Origin: a virus
Lineage: Duplodnaviria > Heunggongvirae > Uroviricota > Caudoviricetes
DNA length: 64,000 nt
IMG/VR virus record: IMGVR_UViG_2671180984_000014
Strand: one strand, 5' to 3'
Both the position numbers and the translations under genes were made by a program. This document shows, in pieces, positions 33,418 to 43,461 of this stretch (within the stretch, counting starts at the first letter, position 1; each line of letters begins with the position of its first letter). The notes under the pieces were generated by a model. It did not search any database. It was not told where the DNA came from and was given only the letters and a program-made list of their open reading frames with translations.

Positions 33418-34901
33418 TGGCCAGAAGTTGCGTAACGGATCCACGTTGGCGCGAGCTGGTGGCGCTATATCGTTATGACTGGATTGCGGCCGCTGATGTT
33501 TTGTTCGGCAAAACACCTACCTGGCAGCAGGATCTGATTATTGAGTCTGTGCAGGAACAGGGTAGCAAGACATCTGTTTCGTCTGGTCACGGTACCGGGA
33601 AATCAGACATGACTTCTATCATGATCATGTTGTTCATAATCATGTATCCCGGTGCCCGAGCCATTATCGTTGCGAACAAAATTCAGCAGGTAATGACCGG
33701 TATATTCAAGTACATCAAGATAAACTGGGCTACTGCCACCAGCCGTTTCCCATGGCTTGCTGATTATTTTGTTCTGACAGAAACCGCTTTCTATGAGGTT
33801 ACTGGTAAAGGTGTATGGACTGTAGTACCGAAGGGCTTTCGTCTGGGAAGTGAAGAAGCTCTCGCCGGTGAACACGCAGATCATCTTCTGTATATTATCG
33901 ATGAAGCCTCCGGTGTCAGTGATAGAGCTTTCGGTATCATCACCGGTGCTCTTACCGGACAGGATAACCGCATCTTATTACTGTCACAGCCTACACGCCC
34001 AAGCGGCTATTTCTACGATACTCACCATAAACTGGCCAAGCGTCCTGGTAACCCTGATGGCGTTTATACGGCGATCACGCTTAACAGTGAGGAATCACCG
34101 CTGGTAACGCCAGCATTTATCAAAATGAAGCTGGCGGAGTACGGCGGGCGCGATAACCCTATGTACATGATTAAGGTACGCGGCCTATTCCCTAAATCAC
34201 AGGATGGCTTCCTTCTTGGACGTGATGAGGTTGAACGTGCAACGCGGCGGAAAGTCAAGATTGCAAAAGGATGGGGCTGGCTTGCATGTGTGGACGTTGC
34301 TGGTGGTACGGGACGGGATAAGTCCGTTATCAATATCATGATGGTGTCCGGCCAGCGAAATAAACGCCGTGTAATCAACTATCGAATGCTGGAATACACA
34401 GACGTTACAGAAACGCAGCTTGCCGCCAAAATTTTCGCAGAATGTAATCCTGAGCGATTCCCAAATATCACCATAGCGATAGACGGCGATGGCCTGGGTA
34501 AAGCAACGGCGGATCTGATGTACGAGTATTATGGTATTACCGTACAGCGTATACGCTGGGGTAAAAAGATGCATAGCCGTGAAGATAAGAGCCTGTACTT
34601 TGATAAACGTGCTTATGCCAACGTTCAAGCCGCAGAGGCCGTAAAATCTGGTCGTATGAGACTGGATAAGGGTAATGAAACTATTGAGGAAGCGTCGAAA
34701 ATCCCTGTAGGGATTAACTCCGCAGGTCAATGGAAAGTGATGAGTAAGGAGGATATGAAGAAAAAACTCAACCTGCACTCACCAGACCATTGGGATACAT
34801 ATTGTTTCGCTATGCTGGCTGATTATGTTCCCCAGGATGAAGTGCTTAGCGTCGAAGACGAAGCGCAGGTTGATGAAGCTCTGGCATGGCTTAATGAATG
34901 A
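33417..34901 (+). CDS. pacB: terminase large subunit PacB
   Basis: 494-aa ORF; ATPase-like N-terminus (SSGHGTGKS Walker A). Confidence 0.85.
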   Translation: MARSCVTDPRWRELVALYRYDWIAAADVLFGKTPTWQQDLIIESVQEQGSKTSVSSGHGTGKSDMTSIMIMLFIIMYPGARAIIVANKIQQVMTGIFKYIKINWATATSRFPWLADYFVLTETAFYEVTGKGVWTVVPKGFRLGSEEALAGEHADHLLYIIDEASGVSDRAFGIITGALTGQDNRILLLSQPTRPSGYFYDTHHKLAKRPGNPDGVYTAITLNSEESPLVTPAFIKMKLAEYGGRDNPMYMIKVRGLFPKSQDGFLLGRDEVERATRRKVKIAKGWGWLACVDVAGGTGRDKSVINIMMVSGQRNKRRVINYRMLEYTDVTETQLAAKIFAECNPERFPNITIAIDGDGLGKATADLMYEYYGITVQRIRWGKKMHSREDKSLYFDKRAYANVQAAEAVKSGRMRLDKGNETIEEASKIPVGINSAGQWKVMSKEDMKKKLNLHSPDHWDTYCFAMLADYVPQDEVLSVEDEAQVDEALAWLNE

Positions 34902-34904
34902 ATA

Positions 34905-34921
34905 TTTGCTCTAATAAATTG
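34905..34921 (+). promoter_or_regulatory. C1 operator-like site
   Basis: TTTGCTCTAATAAATTG, 15/17 match. Confidence 0.5.
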
Positions 34922-35262
34922 TGTTTTTTAGCTACCGATGTTACATTGAACCTGACCTCTTGCGCCTTGAGGCATTTTCGGTTTATGCTTATCAGGCACC
35001 TCATTAAAACGGGTGCCGGGATTGGCCTCCCGCTTAAGTCTAAGGCGATACAGACGCCGCTCGCGTCTTTTTTTGTATCGGCGTACACGCACACCTCTAC
35101 AATGGTGGGCTGTATGGGGCTACCTTCGGGTAGGCTGGTTACCTTGGACGCCAGTAAGGCCAACTCCGTACAGTCCACCGCCAGCAAGATTGGTCTCTTC
35201 TGCGGTGGTTACATACCAACGTCTAAGGAGGCTGCCAATATGGCTACTATCCCTACCCCAAC

Positions 35263-36575
35263 TCATCCTGAATTTATCTGGCGCTTTTACTCCTGCCAAA
35301 AACGTCACTATCACTTCGTTATTGCACCAACAGAAGATGAGGCCCGCTCTCAGCTTCCTGACGCCCCATGTATTTTCTCTGCCCGTTTTTCCACTGATTC
35401 ACGCAATTCTCTCAGTTACTGGTGCCTCCCTGTTAACGCTTCTGCTCAGGAGGGACTATGAGAACGTCATTAGTCACCCGTGAAGAGATGATCGAGGCAA
35501 TTGAACAGCACACTGCCTGTATCAGTACCAGGGATATACCAGGCGTTATTGCCAACTACTTCATGATCACCAAACAACTTTACCGGAGAAAGGACAAGAA
35601 CGCGGTTCACCGTATCCTGTTGTCTGATATCCGCGAATACCTGCTCGAACAGGGTCATCTGAATTACGCAACCGTCGCAGCCGAAGCACGCAAGGAGGCA
35701 CACAGAATGAAAGCAACTAACGTTAAATCAGAAAAAATTCATGCACCTTCAGTTCAGGAATCGGAGCTGGTGGTTGTTCAGAATCAGTCTGATGAAATTC
35801 CCGTTCTGGAATGGCAGGGAGTGCGTGTAGTGACAACCGAGACTCTTGCTAGAGGGTATGGGACAGAAACAATCCGTATTCGCCAAAATCATCATGAGAA
35901 CAAAGTACGCTTTGTTGAAGGGAAGCACTTTTTCAAAGTTGAAGGAGAATCATTGCGCGAGTTGAAGCACAGAGTAGCTTTAAACTACTCTGTAAAAATT
36001 GCTCGCAATGTTCGCTCACTCCCCTCTGGACAGAACGCGGCGCAGCCCGCCACGCTAAAATGCTCGAAACCGATCAGGCATGGGCATTCTTTGAAAAACT
36101 GGAAGACAGCTACTTCCGACAAAAAGAACAGCAACCGATCGCAATCCCCCAGACGCTTCCTGAAGCCCTACGCCTGGCTGCCGAACTGGCTGAACAAAAG
36201 CAACTTCTGGAACAGAAAGCCCACCAGCTAAATCAGCAGCTGGTGGCCGCCGCTCCTAAAGTCGATTTTGCCGACCGGGTATCAGTAGCTAAAGGGATCC
36301 TGATTGGGAATTTTGCAAAGGTTGTTGGACTTAAGCAAAACGCGCTGTTTGTCTGGTTACGGGAGAACGGCATCCTGATAGCGTCCGGTGGACGTAAAAA
36401 TGTGCCGTTCCAGCAGTACATCAACGCGGGGTATTTCACGGTGAAAGAAGTGGTGCTGGATGATGAAGATGGCTACCAGATACGGTTGACGCCTCAATTA
36501 ACGGGTAAAGGCCAGCAGTGGTTGACGCGTAAACTGCTCGATGCTGGCTTGTTAAAACCGGTGGCAGCTGAATAA
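35263..36575 (+). repeat. inverted-repeat copy A of icd-ant module (partner 53821-55142)
   Basis: about 1.3 kb near-identical to reverse complement of 53821-55142; identity begins inside icd coding sequence and ends at ant stop codon. Confidence 0.8.
35458..36575 (+). pseudogene. antirepressor ant, frameshifted copy
   Basis: same protein as intact 372-aa copy at 53821-54939 but one base missing (CACTCCCCTCTGG here vs CACTCACCCTCTGG there) splits it into 257- and 171-aa frames; no C1 operator or icd start upstream. Confidence 0.7.
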
Positions 36576-36607
36576 TGGAAGAATGCCCGGTTGATGCCGG
36601 GCATAAT

Positions 36608-37459
36608 TTATTGCGCGCTTTCGGGGGTGTCGTTTACTGGCTGCCCCTTCTTGGTTTTACGGCTGCGCGTAACTGATGCGGCTGACTTAACCTTTTTCTC
36701 TTCGCGAGTGATGGCAATTTGTTTTTTTACATTTTCAATATCTGCCAGGCGATATATTTTTGCTTGCGGCCAGCGGTCGCAGATGATCGGTTCTATGGAG
36801 TCATAAAGGCTAAATTTTGCTTTTTCGAATTCACCGTTGATGATAATTCCATCACGGAGAGTTTCATCGCAGATAAACACGCCACACAGTGGCACATGGT
36901 AACTAACTGATTTACCATCATTGTAGTTAGGGCTACTGGAAATGTAGTGGACGCGCAGCATTGTTTCGCTAAAGCCGTGTACGCGCATACGGAATTTTTC
37001 ATCCTCCGGGTACTGCTTCATTAGCTCTTTTGTTGCTTCCAGGTTCTCTATGTATTTCGCACTGTGCTCATTGATCCCCGCGCTTTTTTGGATGCGAATG
37101 TCCTTATCAATCAGATGAATAATGCGGCCAGCGGTCATGTTGACGCTGTTCACAGCTTCTGTCTGATAAGTTGTAACCTTACGCACACCGCGAAGGATGT
37201 TAGGCACTGGATATAAAATAGTCTTTGGGATATTGAGGTCTGGGTACTGTTCCAGTTCCCGCGCCATTAAAGTCCATTTATCAATTTCAGCCTGAATGCT
37301 GTCAGTTTCTTTGAACGGTAGAACGACAACCGGGCGTACAGGACGACCGTCGCTGGCTGTATCAACGTGTTGGGCGCGTGCAACAGCTTTTTTTAGAAAG
37401 AGATCCCTGAAGCTGACGAACTCCTGGTACAGTTGTTCGCCGTAGACATAATTTATCAT
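36608..37459 (-). CDS. c1: C1 repressor of lysis
   Basis: 283 aa MINYVYGEQLYQEFVSFRDLFLKKAVARAQHVD... recognised as P1 C1. Confidence 0.95.
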   Translation of the reverse strand: MINYVYGEQLYQEFVSFRDLFLKKAVARAQHVDTASDGRPVRPVVVLPFKETDSIQAEIDKWTLMARELEQYPDLNIPKTILYPVPNILRGVRKVTTYQTEAVNSVNMTAGRIIHLIDKDIRIQKSAGINEHSAKYIENLEATKELMKQYPEDEKFRMRVHGFSETMLRVHYISSSPNYNDGKSVSYHVPLCGVFICDETLRDGIIINGEFEKAKFSLYDSIEPIICDRWPQAKIYRLADIENVKKQIAITREEKKVKSAASVTRSRKTKKGQPVNDTPESAQ

Positions 37460-37553
37460 TGATCCTCCTCCAGAATTGACATGGTCAATAACGCCCGGCT
37501 GAGAAAACCGGTCATTACTGACCTATATTATAGAGGGATCAAACAAAAATAAT

Positions 37554-37570
37554 AGATTTATTAGTGCATT
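37554..37570 (-). promoter_or_regulatory. C1 operator-like site between c1 and coi
   Basis: reverse complement AATGCACTAATAAATCT, 3 mismatches. Confidence 0.45.
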
Positions 37571-37779
37571 TATTGTGAGTCTAACTGGTTAGTTGCCATG
37601 AGATATTCGATTGTGTCAGTGAGGTCATCCAGGTCGTCTTGGGTGATGCGGTACTCCTGATTGGATATCTTTGAGTAGTGTTCAGCAATGGCGCGGGCAG
37701 CGTCGGTTTCGGCAGGGTCTACAGATAAAGCGTTAGAGCAATGTCTAACGTCGTCGATGGTTGGTTGAATGAAAGCCAT
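37570..37779 (-). CDS. coi: C1 inactivator Coi
   Basis: 69-aa acidic ORF immediately upstream of c1 on same strand. Confidence 0.8.
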   Translation of the reverse strand: MAFIQPTIDDVRHCSNALSVDPAETDAARAIAEHYSKISNQEYRITQDDLDDLTDTIEYLMATNQLDSQ

Positions 37780-38017
37780 AATTATGCCTCACTGTATTGA
37801 CAACACAGAGCCTGAAGCTCTGACCTACTGTTTCACCCATGATCCATGCTGGGGTAATCTAACAACATTGCGCTGTGTGTAAGATGAGCAATGCATAGCT
37901 GTAATGCCGTTGTATAAGGTTTCCCTGTTTGCTCATTTCCTTCTGAGCCGCTCTACAACGCTGAAGACACATTAAATAGTGAATCCAAAGTCGTATTACG
38001 TAACGACGGCAAAACTA

Positions 38018-38117
38018 TAATTTATTAGAGCAATTGTCAAACAACTATGAAAAACAATCCAGTTTTTAGCTGGTGGAGTGGGATTTTTCTCTCTAAATTT
38101 ATTGCTCTAATAATTCT
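38018..38117. promoter_or_regulatory. c1 promoter region with two C1 operators
   Basis: reverse-strand ATTGCTCTAATAAATTA (38018-38034) and forward ATTGCTCTAATAATTCT (38101-38117) between coi upstream region and loxP. Confidence 0.6.
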
Positions 38118-38160
38118 TGATTTTTGTGCGCAGCTGGACGTAAACTCCTCTTCGGATCTG

Positions 38161-38194
38161 ATAACTTCGTATAGCATACATTATACGAAGTTAT
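38161..38194 (+). other. loxP: loxP recombination site
   Basis: exact ATAACTTCGTATA-GCATACAT-TATACGAAGTTAT: 13-bp inverted repeats around canonical 8-bp spacer. Confidence 0.98.
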
Positions 38195-38265
38195 CTTAAG
38201 GGTTATTGAACATGATTAATTTACCTGTAAATCCATACAGTTCAATACCTTATCAGGTCAAATAG

Positions 38266-38287
38266 TGATCACTTGATCATTTGATCA
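38266..38287 (+). promoter_or_regulatory. GATC cluster (Dam-methylation-sensitive promoter region upstream of cre operon)
   Basis: GTGATCACTTGATCATTTGATCAAGG, three GATC within 22 bp. Confidence 0.5.
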
Positions 38288-38383
38288 AGGTTGCGCTACG
38301 TAAAATCTGCGAAATGTTGGCAGTGTTAGTGCTCCAGATTTCGCGTAGCGCACTTAGCACCACCAATCAATCAGAGGTGAAAA

Positions 38384-38605
38384 ATGGGATATTCAGCTGC
38401 TAAAGTGTCCACTCATCTTGAGCTTGAGAAAAACCGTGGTTACTGGCGGGCAAAATGGTTTGAGCGTGATAGTTACCAACTGTCATTATCTCGCGGTGAA
38501 GAGAAAATAGAACGCACGCGCGGTCGCTGGCGTTTCTATGACGAGAACCATAACCAGGTAAAGGCAGAGCCAATCCTGTACACTCTGCTGAAAACAATAA
38601 TTTAA
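38384..38605 (+). CDS. hypothetical protein between loxP and cre
   Basis: 73-aa ORF with GAGGTG RBS. Confidence 0.45.
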   Translation: MGYSAAKVSTHLELEKNRGYWRAKWFERDSYQLSLSRGEEKIERTRGRWRFYDENHNQVKAEPILYTLLKTII

Positions 38606-38624
38606 CTTGATCATGAGGTGATGA

Positions 38625-39020
38625 ATGTTTAATGGCCTGACAGATGCCAAGGTAAACGCCTTACTGAACGACGCAAAACAAAAAGCTGCTAACCCTGGAA
38701 CGAATGAAAATGAACGTGCTATGGCTGTTGCAATTTGGGAGTTAGCAGAAGAAGTAAAGCGAAACCGCTTACTATACACTCGGGTTTACCAGCAATTTGA
38801 TGGTGCGAGCTGGATAGATATCGAAGAGGCTGAATATGCAACATGCAAAAAAGAAAAAAAGATTGTTCGGATTTTGCATAAAGCAGCAACCCCAATCACT
38901 GTAGAAATCCCCGATCACAGATATTTCGAGAACGATGATCTACCAGGGGATGTGATTCGAATTATTGATGAGATACTTCATGAACAAGGCTTAACTGTTA
39001 AAATCACGCATAATAAATGA
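38625..39020 (+). CDS. hypothetical protein, translationally coupled to cre
   Basis: 131-aa ORF with GAGGTG RBS; stop overlaps cre ATG (ATGA). Confidence 0.45.
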   Translation: MFNGLTDAKVNALLNDAKQKAANPGTNENERAMAVAIWELAEEVKRNRLLYTRVYQQFDGASWIDIEEAEYATCKKEKKIVRILHKAATPITVEIPDHRYFENDDLPGDVIRIIDEILHEQGLTVKITHNK

Positions 39021-40048
39021 CTAATTCGTTAACCGTTCACCAAAATTTGCCTGCATTGCCGGTCGATGCAACGAGTGATGAGGTTCGCAAGAACCTGATG
39101 GACATGTTCAGGGATCGCCAGGCGTTTTCTGATCATACCTGGAAAATGCTTCTGTCCGTTTGCCGGTCGTGGGCGGCATGGTGCAAGTTGAATAACCGGA
39201 AATGGTTTCCCGCAGAACCTGAAGATGTTCGCGATTACCTTCTATATCTTCAGGCGCGTGGTCTGGCAGTAAAAACTATCCAGCAACATTTGGGCCAGCT
39301 AAACATGCTTCATCGTCGGTCCGGGCTGCCACGACCAAGTGACAGCAATGCTGTTTCACTGGTCATGCGACGGATCCGAAAAGAAAACGTTGATGCCGGT
39401 GAGCGTGCAAAACAGGCGCTGGCGTTCGAACGCACTGATTTCGACCAGGTTCGTTCACTCATGGAAAATAGCGATCGCTGCCAGGATATACGTAATCTGG
39501 CATTTCTGGGGATTGCTTATAACACCCTGTTACGTATAGCCGAAATTTCTAGGATCAGGGTTAAAGATATCTCACGTACTGACGGTGGGAGAATGTTAAT
39601 CCATATTGGCAGAACGAAAACGCTGGTTAGCACCGCTGGTGTAGAGAAGGCACTTAGCCTGGGGGTAACTAAACTGGTTGAGCGATGGATTTCTGTCTCT
39701 GGTGTAGCTGATGATCCGAATAACTACCTGTTTTGCCGCGTCAGAAAAAATGGTGTTGCCGCGCCATCATCCACCAGCCAGCTATCAACTCGCGCCCTGG
39801 AAGGGATTTTTGAAGCAACTCACCGATTGATTTACGGGGCAAAAGATGACTCTGGTCAGCGATACCTGGCCTGGTCTGGACATAGTGCCCGTGTCGGTGC
39901 CGCGCGAGATATGGCCCGCGCCGGAGTTTCAATACCGGAGATCATGCAAGCTGGTGGCTGGACCAACGTAAATATTGTCATGAACTACATTCGTAACCTG
40001 GATAGTGAAACGGGGGCAATGGTGCGCCTGCTGGAAGATGGCGATTAG
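39017..40048 (+). CDS. cre: Cre site-specific tyrosine recombinase
   Basis: 343 aa, near-identical to P1 Cre as recalled (TVHQNLPALPVDATSDEVRKNLMDMFRDRQAFS ... RLLEDGD); adjacent to loxP. Confidence 0.97.
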   Translation: MTNSLTVHQNLPALPVDATSDEVRKNLMDMFRDRQAFSDHTWKMLLSVCRSWAAWCKLNNRKWFPAEPEDVRDYLLYLQARGLAVKTIQQHLGQLNMLHRRSGLPRPSDSNAVSLVMRRIRKENVDAGERAKQALAFERTDFDQVRSLMENSDRCQDIRNLAFLGIAYNTLLRIAEISRIRVKDISRTDGGRMLIHIGRTKTLVSTAGVEKALSLGVTKLVERWISVSGVADDPNNYLFCRVRKNGVAAPSSTSQLSTRALEGIFEATHRLIYGAKDDSGQRYLAWSGHSARVGAARDMARAGVSIPEIMQAGGWTNVNIVMNYIRNLDSETGAMVRLLEDGD

Positions 40049-40098
40049 CCGTTCATTTTTACTTGATTGCTCTAATTATTTGATATTTATGGTGACAC

Positions 40099-40410
40099 AT
40101 GCGGAAGGATTTCAAAATAGACGGAAAATATGTGGTGCTGTCTGTAAGCTCTCAAATTCAGTCACCATCTGTCATTGTCACCGTAAAATTGAGCGATAGG
40201 ATGCCTGATATCGACTCGATATCTGTTGCGTTCCCCGTTAAAAGCATGCGGAGTGCTGAACATTTTGTGATGAATGCAACGGAGGAGGAAGCGCGGCGAG
40301 GGCTTACTAGAGTGATGGCGGAATTTGGCGAACTCCTGGGTAAGGTAAACAATGCCCTTTCAATCAGTTCAGCAAGATCCAAAGCGTTAACAGCTTCCAT
40401 GATGAAATAA
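40099..40410 (+). CDS. cra: hypothetical protein downstream of cre (cra position)
   Basis: 103-aa ORF. Confidence 0.45.
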   Translation: MRKDFKIDGKYVVLSVSSQIQSPSVIVTVKLSDRMPDIDSISVAFPVKSMRSAEHFVMNATEEEARRGLTRVMAEFGELLGKVNNALSISSARSKALTASMMK

Positions 40411-40413
40411 AAA

Positions 40414-40436
40414 AGCCTGGCAAGGAGCCAGGCTGC
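40414..40436. terminator. hairpin terminator, T-run on minus strand
   Basis: GCCTGGC-aagga-GCCAGGC preceded by A-run on plus strand, i.e. oriented to stop minus-strand transcription. Confidence 0.4.
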
Positions 40437-40540
40437 ACAAAAGAGCGGGTTTGTATTCCGCATCCAATCAATCAAGAAAGAGTATAGCACACAGGTACTG
40501 AAGTGAAAAAATGTGATTCTCGATTAACAAAATATCTACC

Positions 40541-40557
40541 ATTGCTCTAATTGATTG
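40541..40557 (+). promoter_or_regulatory. C1 operator-like site upstream of ref
   Basis: ATTGCTCTAATTGATTG followed by overlapping ATTGCTATAATTGAG. Confidence 0.5.
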
Positions 40558-40655
40558 CTATAATTGAGCCGCAGTTTTTGTCAACTACGAAGACGTTGCC
40601 ATTACTTAACTCCTTGACATCATTGGCGGCCATTAGGCCGCCTTTTTTTTGCCAT

Positions 40656-41216
40656 ATGAAAACAATCGAACAAAAACTTGAACAGCGCCGCGAGTGGCAG
40701 AAGGCAGCCAGAGAACGAGCGATCGCTCGGCAACGGGAAAAGTTGGCTGACCCCGCCTGGAGAGAATCGCAATATCAGAAAATGCGGGATTCTATCGACC
40801 GCCGTATCGCTAAACAGAAAGAGCGCCCACCAGCCAGCAAAACGCGGAAAAGCGCGGTAAAAATAAAATCTCGTGGCTTGAAGGGGAGAACACCAACGGC
40901 GGAGGAACGGCGCATCGCCAATGCTCTTGGCGCTCTCCCCTGCATTGCCTGCTATATGCATGGAGTAATATCTAATGAGGTGTCTCTGCACCATATCGCC
41001 GGTCGTACCGCGCCGGGTTGTCATAAAAAGCAATTGCCACTTTGTAGATGGCACCACCAGCATGCAGCTCCGGCTGAAGTAAGAGAAAAATACCCATGGC
41101 TGGTCCCTGTTCATGCCGATGGTGTGGTTGGAGGCAAGAAAGAATTCACCTTGCTGAACAAGTCAGAGATGGAGTTACTGGCTGATGCCTATGAGATGGC
41201 AAACATCATGCACTAA
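40656..41216 (+). CDS. ref: Ref recombination-enhancement HNH endonuclease
   Basis: 186 aa from ATG 40656 (MKTIEQKLEQ); HNH-like core CIACYMHGVISNEVSLHHI...H; C1 operator upstream. Confidence 0.8.
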   Translation: MKTIEQKLEQRREWQKAARERAIARQREKLADPAWRESQYQKMRDSIDRRIAKQKERPPASKTRKSAVKIKSRGLKGRTPTAEERRIANALGALPCIACYMHGVISNEVSLHHIAGRTAPGCHKKQLPLCRWHHQHAAPAEVREKYPWLVPVHADGVVGGKKEFTLLNKSEMELLADAYEMANIMH

Positions 41217-41377
41217 TAAATATATTATTTTTAATGATAAATGATTGACAACTGACAAGTGACTTCAGTCAGAATCATCACACGCCCGGTACGGATGGAT
41301 CCCTTTTCAAATATTCCATGGACGGCACAGTCTGAGTACCGGGCGCTACCTTCAGTTGTATTGCTAAGCCGCCGCTG

Positions 41378-42046
41378 GTGGCTTTTCTTTTTTGTAGGGG
41401 CGCTATGGATAAGAAAATATGCGTTGTTTCAATGAGCGTCGGCAAACCGGCGTCAATGACTGCTGCATGGATCAACAATGAGCTGATCATGGCTGAGCGG
41501 ACCAGCTACCCTGAACGCCGCCGCGATATGGAACTCCAGCTGCTGCGCGAATTGCGAGAAAAAGAGGAAAAGGGTTTTATCGTGCTGGTGGAAGAGGAAA
41601 ACAGCTTTATTACCGGTCGAGTTGGCCAGCGTGTAAGGTTGCGTGATCCCTTCATGAACGGCAGACCGGTACTGATTGAAGCAATGCAGATTTACAAGGA
41701 ATTGGAACGCCAGAAAGCGATCAAGTTACCGCGCAAGGAATCCGGCAAATACATCCTTCACCAAAGCATCTTCGATTCCGAACACGATAAAAAAGGCGAT
41801 GAATTTTTCAACATCAACTGGAGCGAAATAACGACAGAACATGTTCTGACGTTACTATGTTGCTTTGCGACGGAATACAACAACGTTGCCAGCGCCGACT
41901 ACATCAGGGCAATGGCTGGAGAAGTTGAGGCCCGCCAGGAGCCATCGTTACTAAGCCCTCTGATTAACATAATTCGCGGAACCCAAACGCTGGCACAAAA
42001 ACGGGTGCCGAAAGGGGAATTAACAGGAAAAGGAAATTATCTATAA
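41378..42046 (+). CDS. hypothetical protein (mat position)
   Basis: 222-aa ORF downstream of ref; start uncertain (alt ATG 41405). Confidence 0.4.
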   Translation: MAFLFCRGAMDKKICVVSMSVGKPASMTAAWINNELIMAERTSYPERRRDMELQLLRELREKEEKGFIVLVEEENSFITGRVGQRVRLRDPFMNGRPVLIEAMQIYKELERQKAIKLPRKESGKYILHQSIFDSEHDKKGDEFFNINWSEITTEHVLTLLCCFATEYNNVASADYIRAMAGEVEARQEPSLLSPLINIIRGTQTLAQKRVPKGELTGKGNYL

Positions 42047-42102
42047 ACGTCAATGCATTAGGGTATACTTCTCCATAGAACTATAAGTAAATGGAGTAAG
42101 TA

Positions 42103-43410
42103 ATGAGCGAATATGTTGAGTTAGCATACGCTGCCGCTACAAGCAGGCTTTGTCTATTTACCGGGACTGGCTTTTCAAAGGCAGTCTCGAACGGCGAAGC
42201 ACCAACGTGGAAAGAACTATTAAAAAAAGTTTGCAGCAAAGTTCACAACGCCAAACAGTTGGAAGACACGTTATTCCCTGATGATAAACCACCAGCACTG
42301 AGTCTTGAAGAAGCCGCACAGATACTATCTTTGAAGCTCAACATTGAAGGCAAGTCGATTTATGATGAAATTGTTGACATCATATCTCCAATACAACTTG
42401 GCGAAGATATATCAAATATAAAGGATTTTTTTCAAAAAAGAACATTTCGTGTCATTACAACGAATTATGACAAGTTAGCTGAATACTTAACTGGAGATGA
42501 GGAGGTTCAGTCTATTACCCCAGGCTTACCTATTCCTAAATATCCCTCCAAAGTTAAAATATATCATGTCCATGGTTCTATTGACTCTCCACAAAACATG
42601 ATTGTTACATCAGAAGACTATTTTAGGTTTATAAACTCCGACACTTATTTCTCTCGAAAACTTAGCACGATGCTGCATGAAAATACAGTTGCGATATTAG
42701 GCTATTCTTTAAGCGACACGAACCTAAAAGCAATTATAAATGATTACAAAATATTCTCGAAAGGTAACGCTCTGTGCTCTAATATATTTTTCATCTCTCG
42801 CAGTGAAGTAAGTCAAGATATGAAGGATTATTATTTTTATTGTTTTGGAATACGAGTAATTGACAACACCGAAATAGACTCTTTCTTTAAGAGATTGAGC
42901 ATTAACATAATGTTAATTGAAGGCGTCATAGCAAGAGCCAGACAAAGTATAAAAAGAGTTTTATCAGGCACTTTCAACTATAAGGATGAATACCTTAGAT
43001 TAGAAGATTCATTCTATCAAATAACCTCCTCGATTATATCTGAGGGTTTCGACTGGAATGACGGACAAGTAGTTGATTTTTTCAAGAGAATAATAAAACA
43101 AAAAAGAGATTTAACAAGAGAGAGTGGTGCTTGGGAGCAATACGAGCAGCTTGCAAAATGGCTTATATATTTCGGCAGCCTTTTAGAAATTGGTGGAACT
43201 AAGTATGAAAATGAATATTTAGACGCCGTTGAATACTCAATGTCCAACATGAGCAAAGAAATGAGATTAGGTTATTCGTGGCATGCTTATAGAGCTTGGG
43301 AAACAAGATGGTCCACAATCATTGCTTCAAATCGATTAATAATAAAAAAACGCATCGAAGAAATTGGCGTACTGGAGGATGCTAATTCTATAGTAAAAGA
43401 TATAGTGTAA
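42103..43410 (+). CDS. SIR2-like domain protein with unknown C-terminal domain (candidate defence/abortive-infection effector)
   Basis: 435 aa; N-terminal ordered motifs LFTGTGFSKA, RVITTNYDKLAE, IYHVHGS characteristic of SIR2/sirtuin NAD-binding fold; AT-rich; GGAG RBS; occupies the P1 res-mod slot. Confidence 0.75.
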   Translation: MSEYVELAYAAATSRLCLFTGTGFSKAVSNGEAPTWKELLKKVCSKVHNAKQLEDTLFPDDKPPALSLEEAAQILSLKLNIEGKSIYDEIVDIISPIQLGEDISNIKDFFQKRTFRVITTNYDKLAEYLTGDEEVQSITPGLPIPKYPSKVKIYHVHGSIDSPQNMIVTSEDYFRFINSDTYFSRKLSTMLHENTVAILGYSLSDTNLKAIINDYKIFSKGNALCSNIFFISRSEVSQDMKDYYFYCFGIRVIDNTEIDSFFKRLSINIMLIEGVIARARQSIKRVLSGTFNYKDEYLRLEDSFYQITSSIISEGFDWNDGQVVDFFKRIIKQKRDLTRESGAWEQYEQLAKWLIYFGSLLEIGGTKYENEYLDAVEYSMSNMSKEMRLGYSWHAYRAWETRWSTIIASNRLIIKKRIEEIGVLEDANSIVKDIV

Positions 43411-43461
43411 TTGAAGAGCGGCAAAAATTTAACGGGCAGCTACAACTGCCCGATATATAAA

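Noticed and set aside
34898-35461. 187-aa plus-strand ORF between pacB and the ant pseudogene
   Set aside because: Its C-terminal two thirds are the truncated icd remnant of repeat copy A read from an upstream ATG lying just after the pacB stop; no RBS; most likely a chance fusion frame rather than a gene
38161-40048. Prophage integrase with attachment site
   Set aside because: Cre/loxP here is the P1 plasmid dimer-resolution system; no att-like flanking direct repeats or host genes were seen, consistent with a plasmid-prophage lifestyle
42047-43461. Type III res-mod restriction-modification genes expected at this position
   Set aside because: No helicase/endonuclease or mod-type MTase motifs; the interval is too short and holds only the SIR2-like gene
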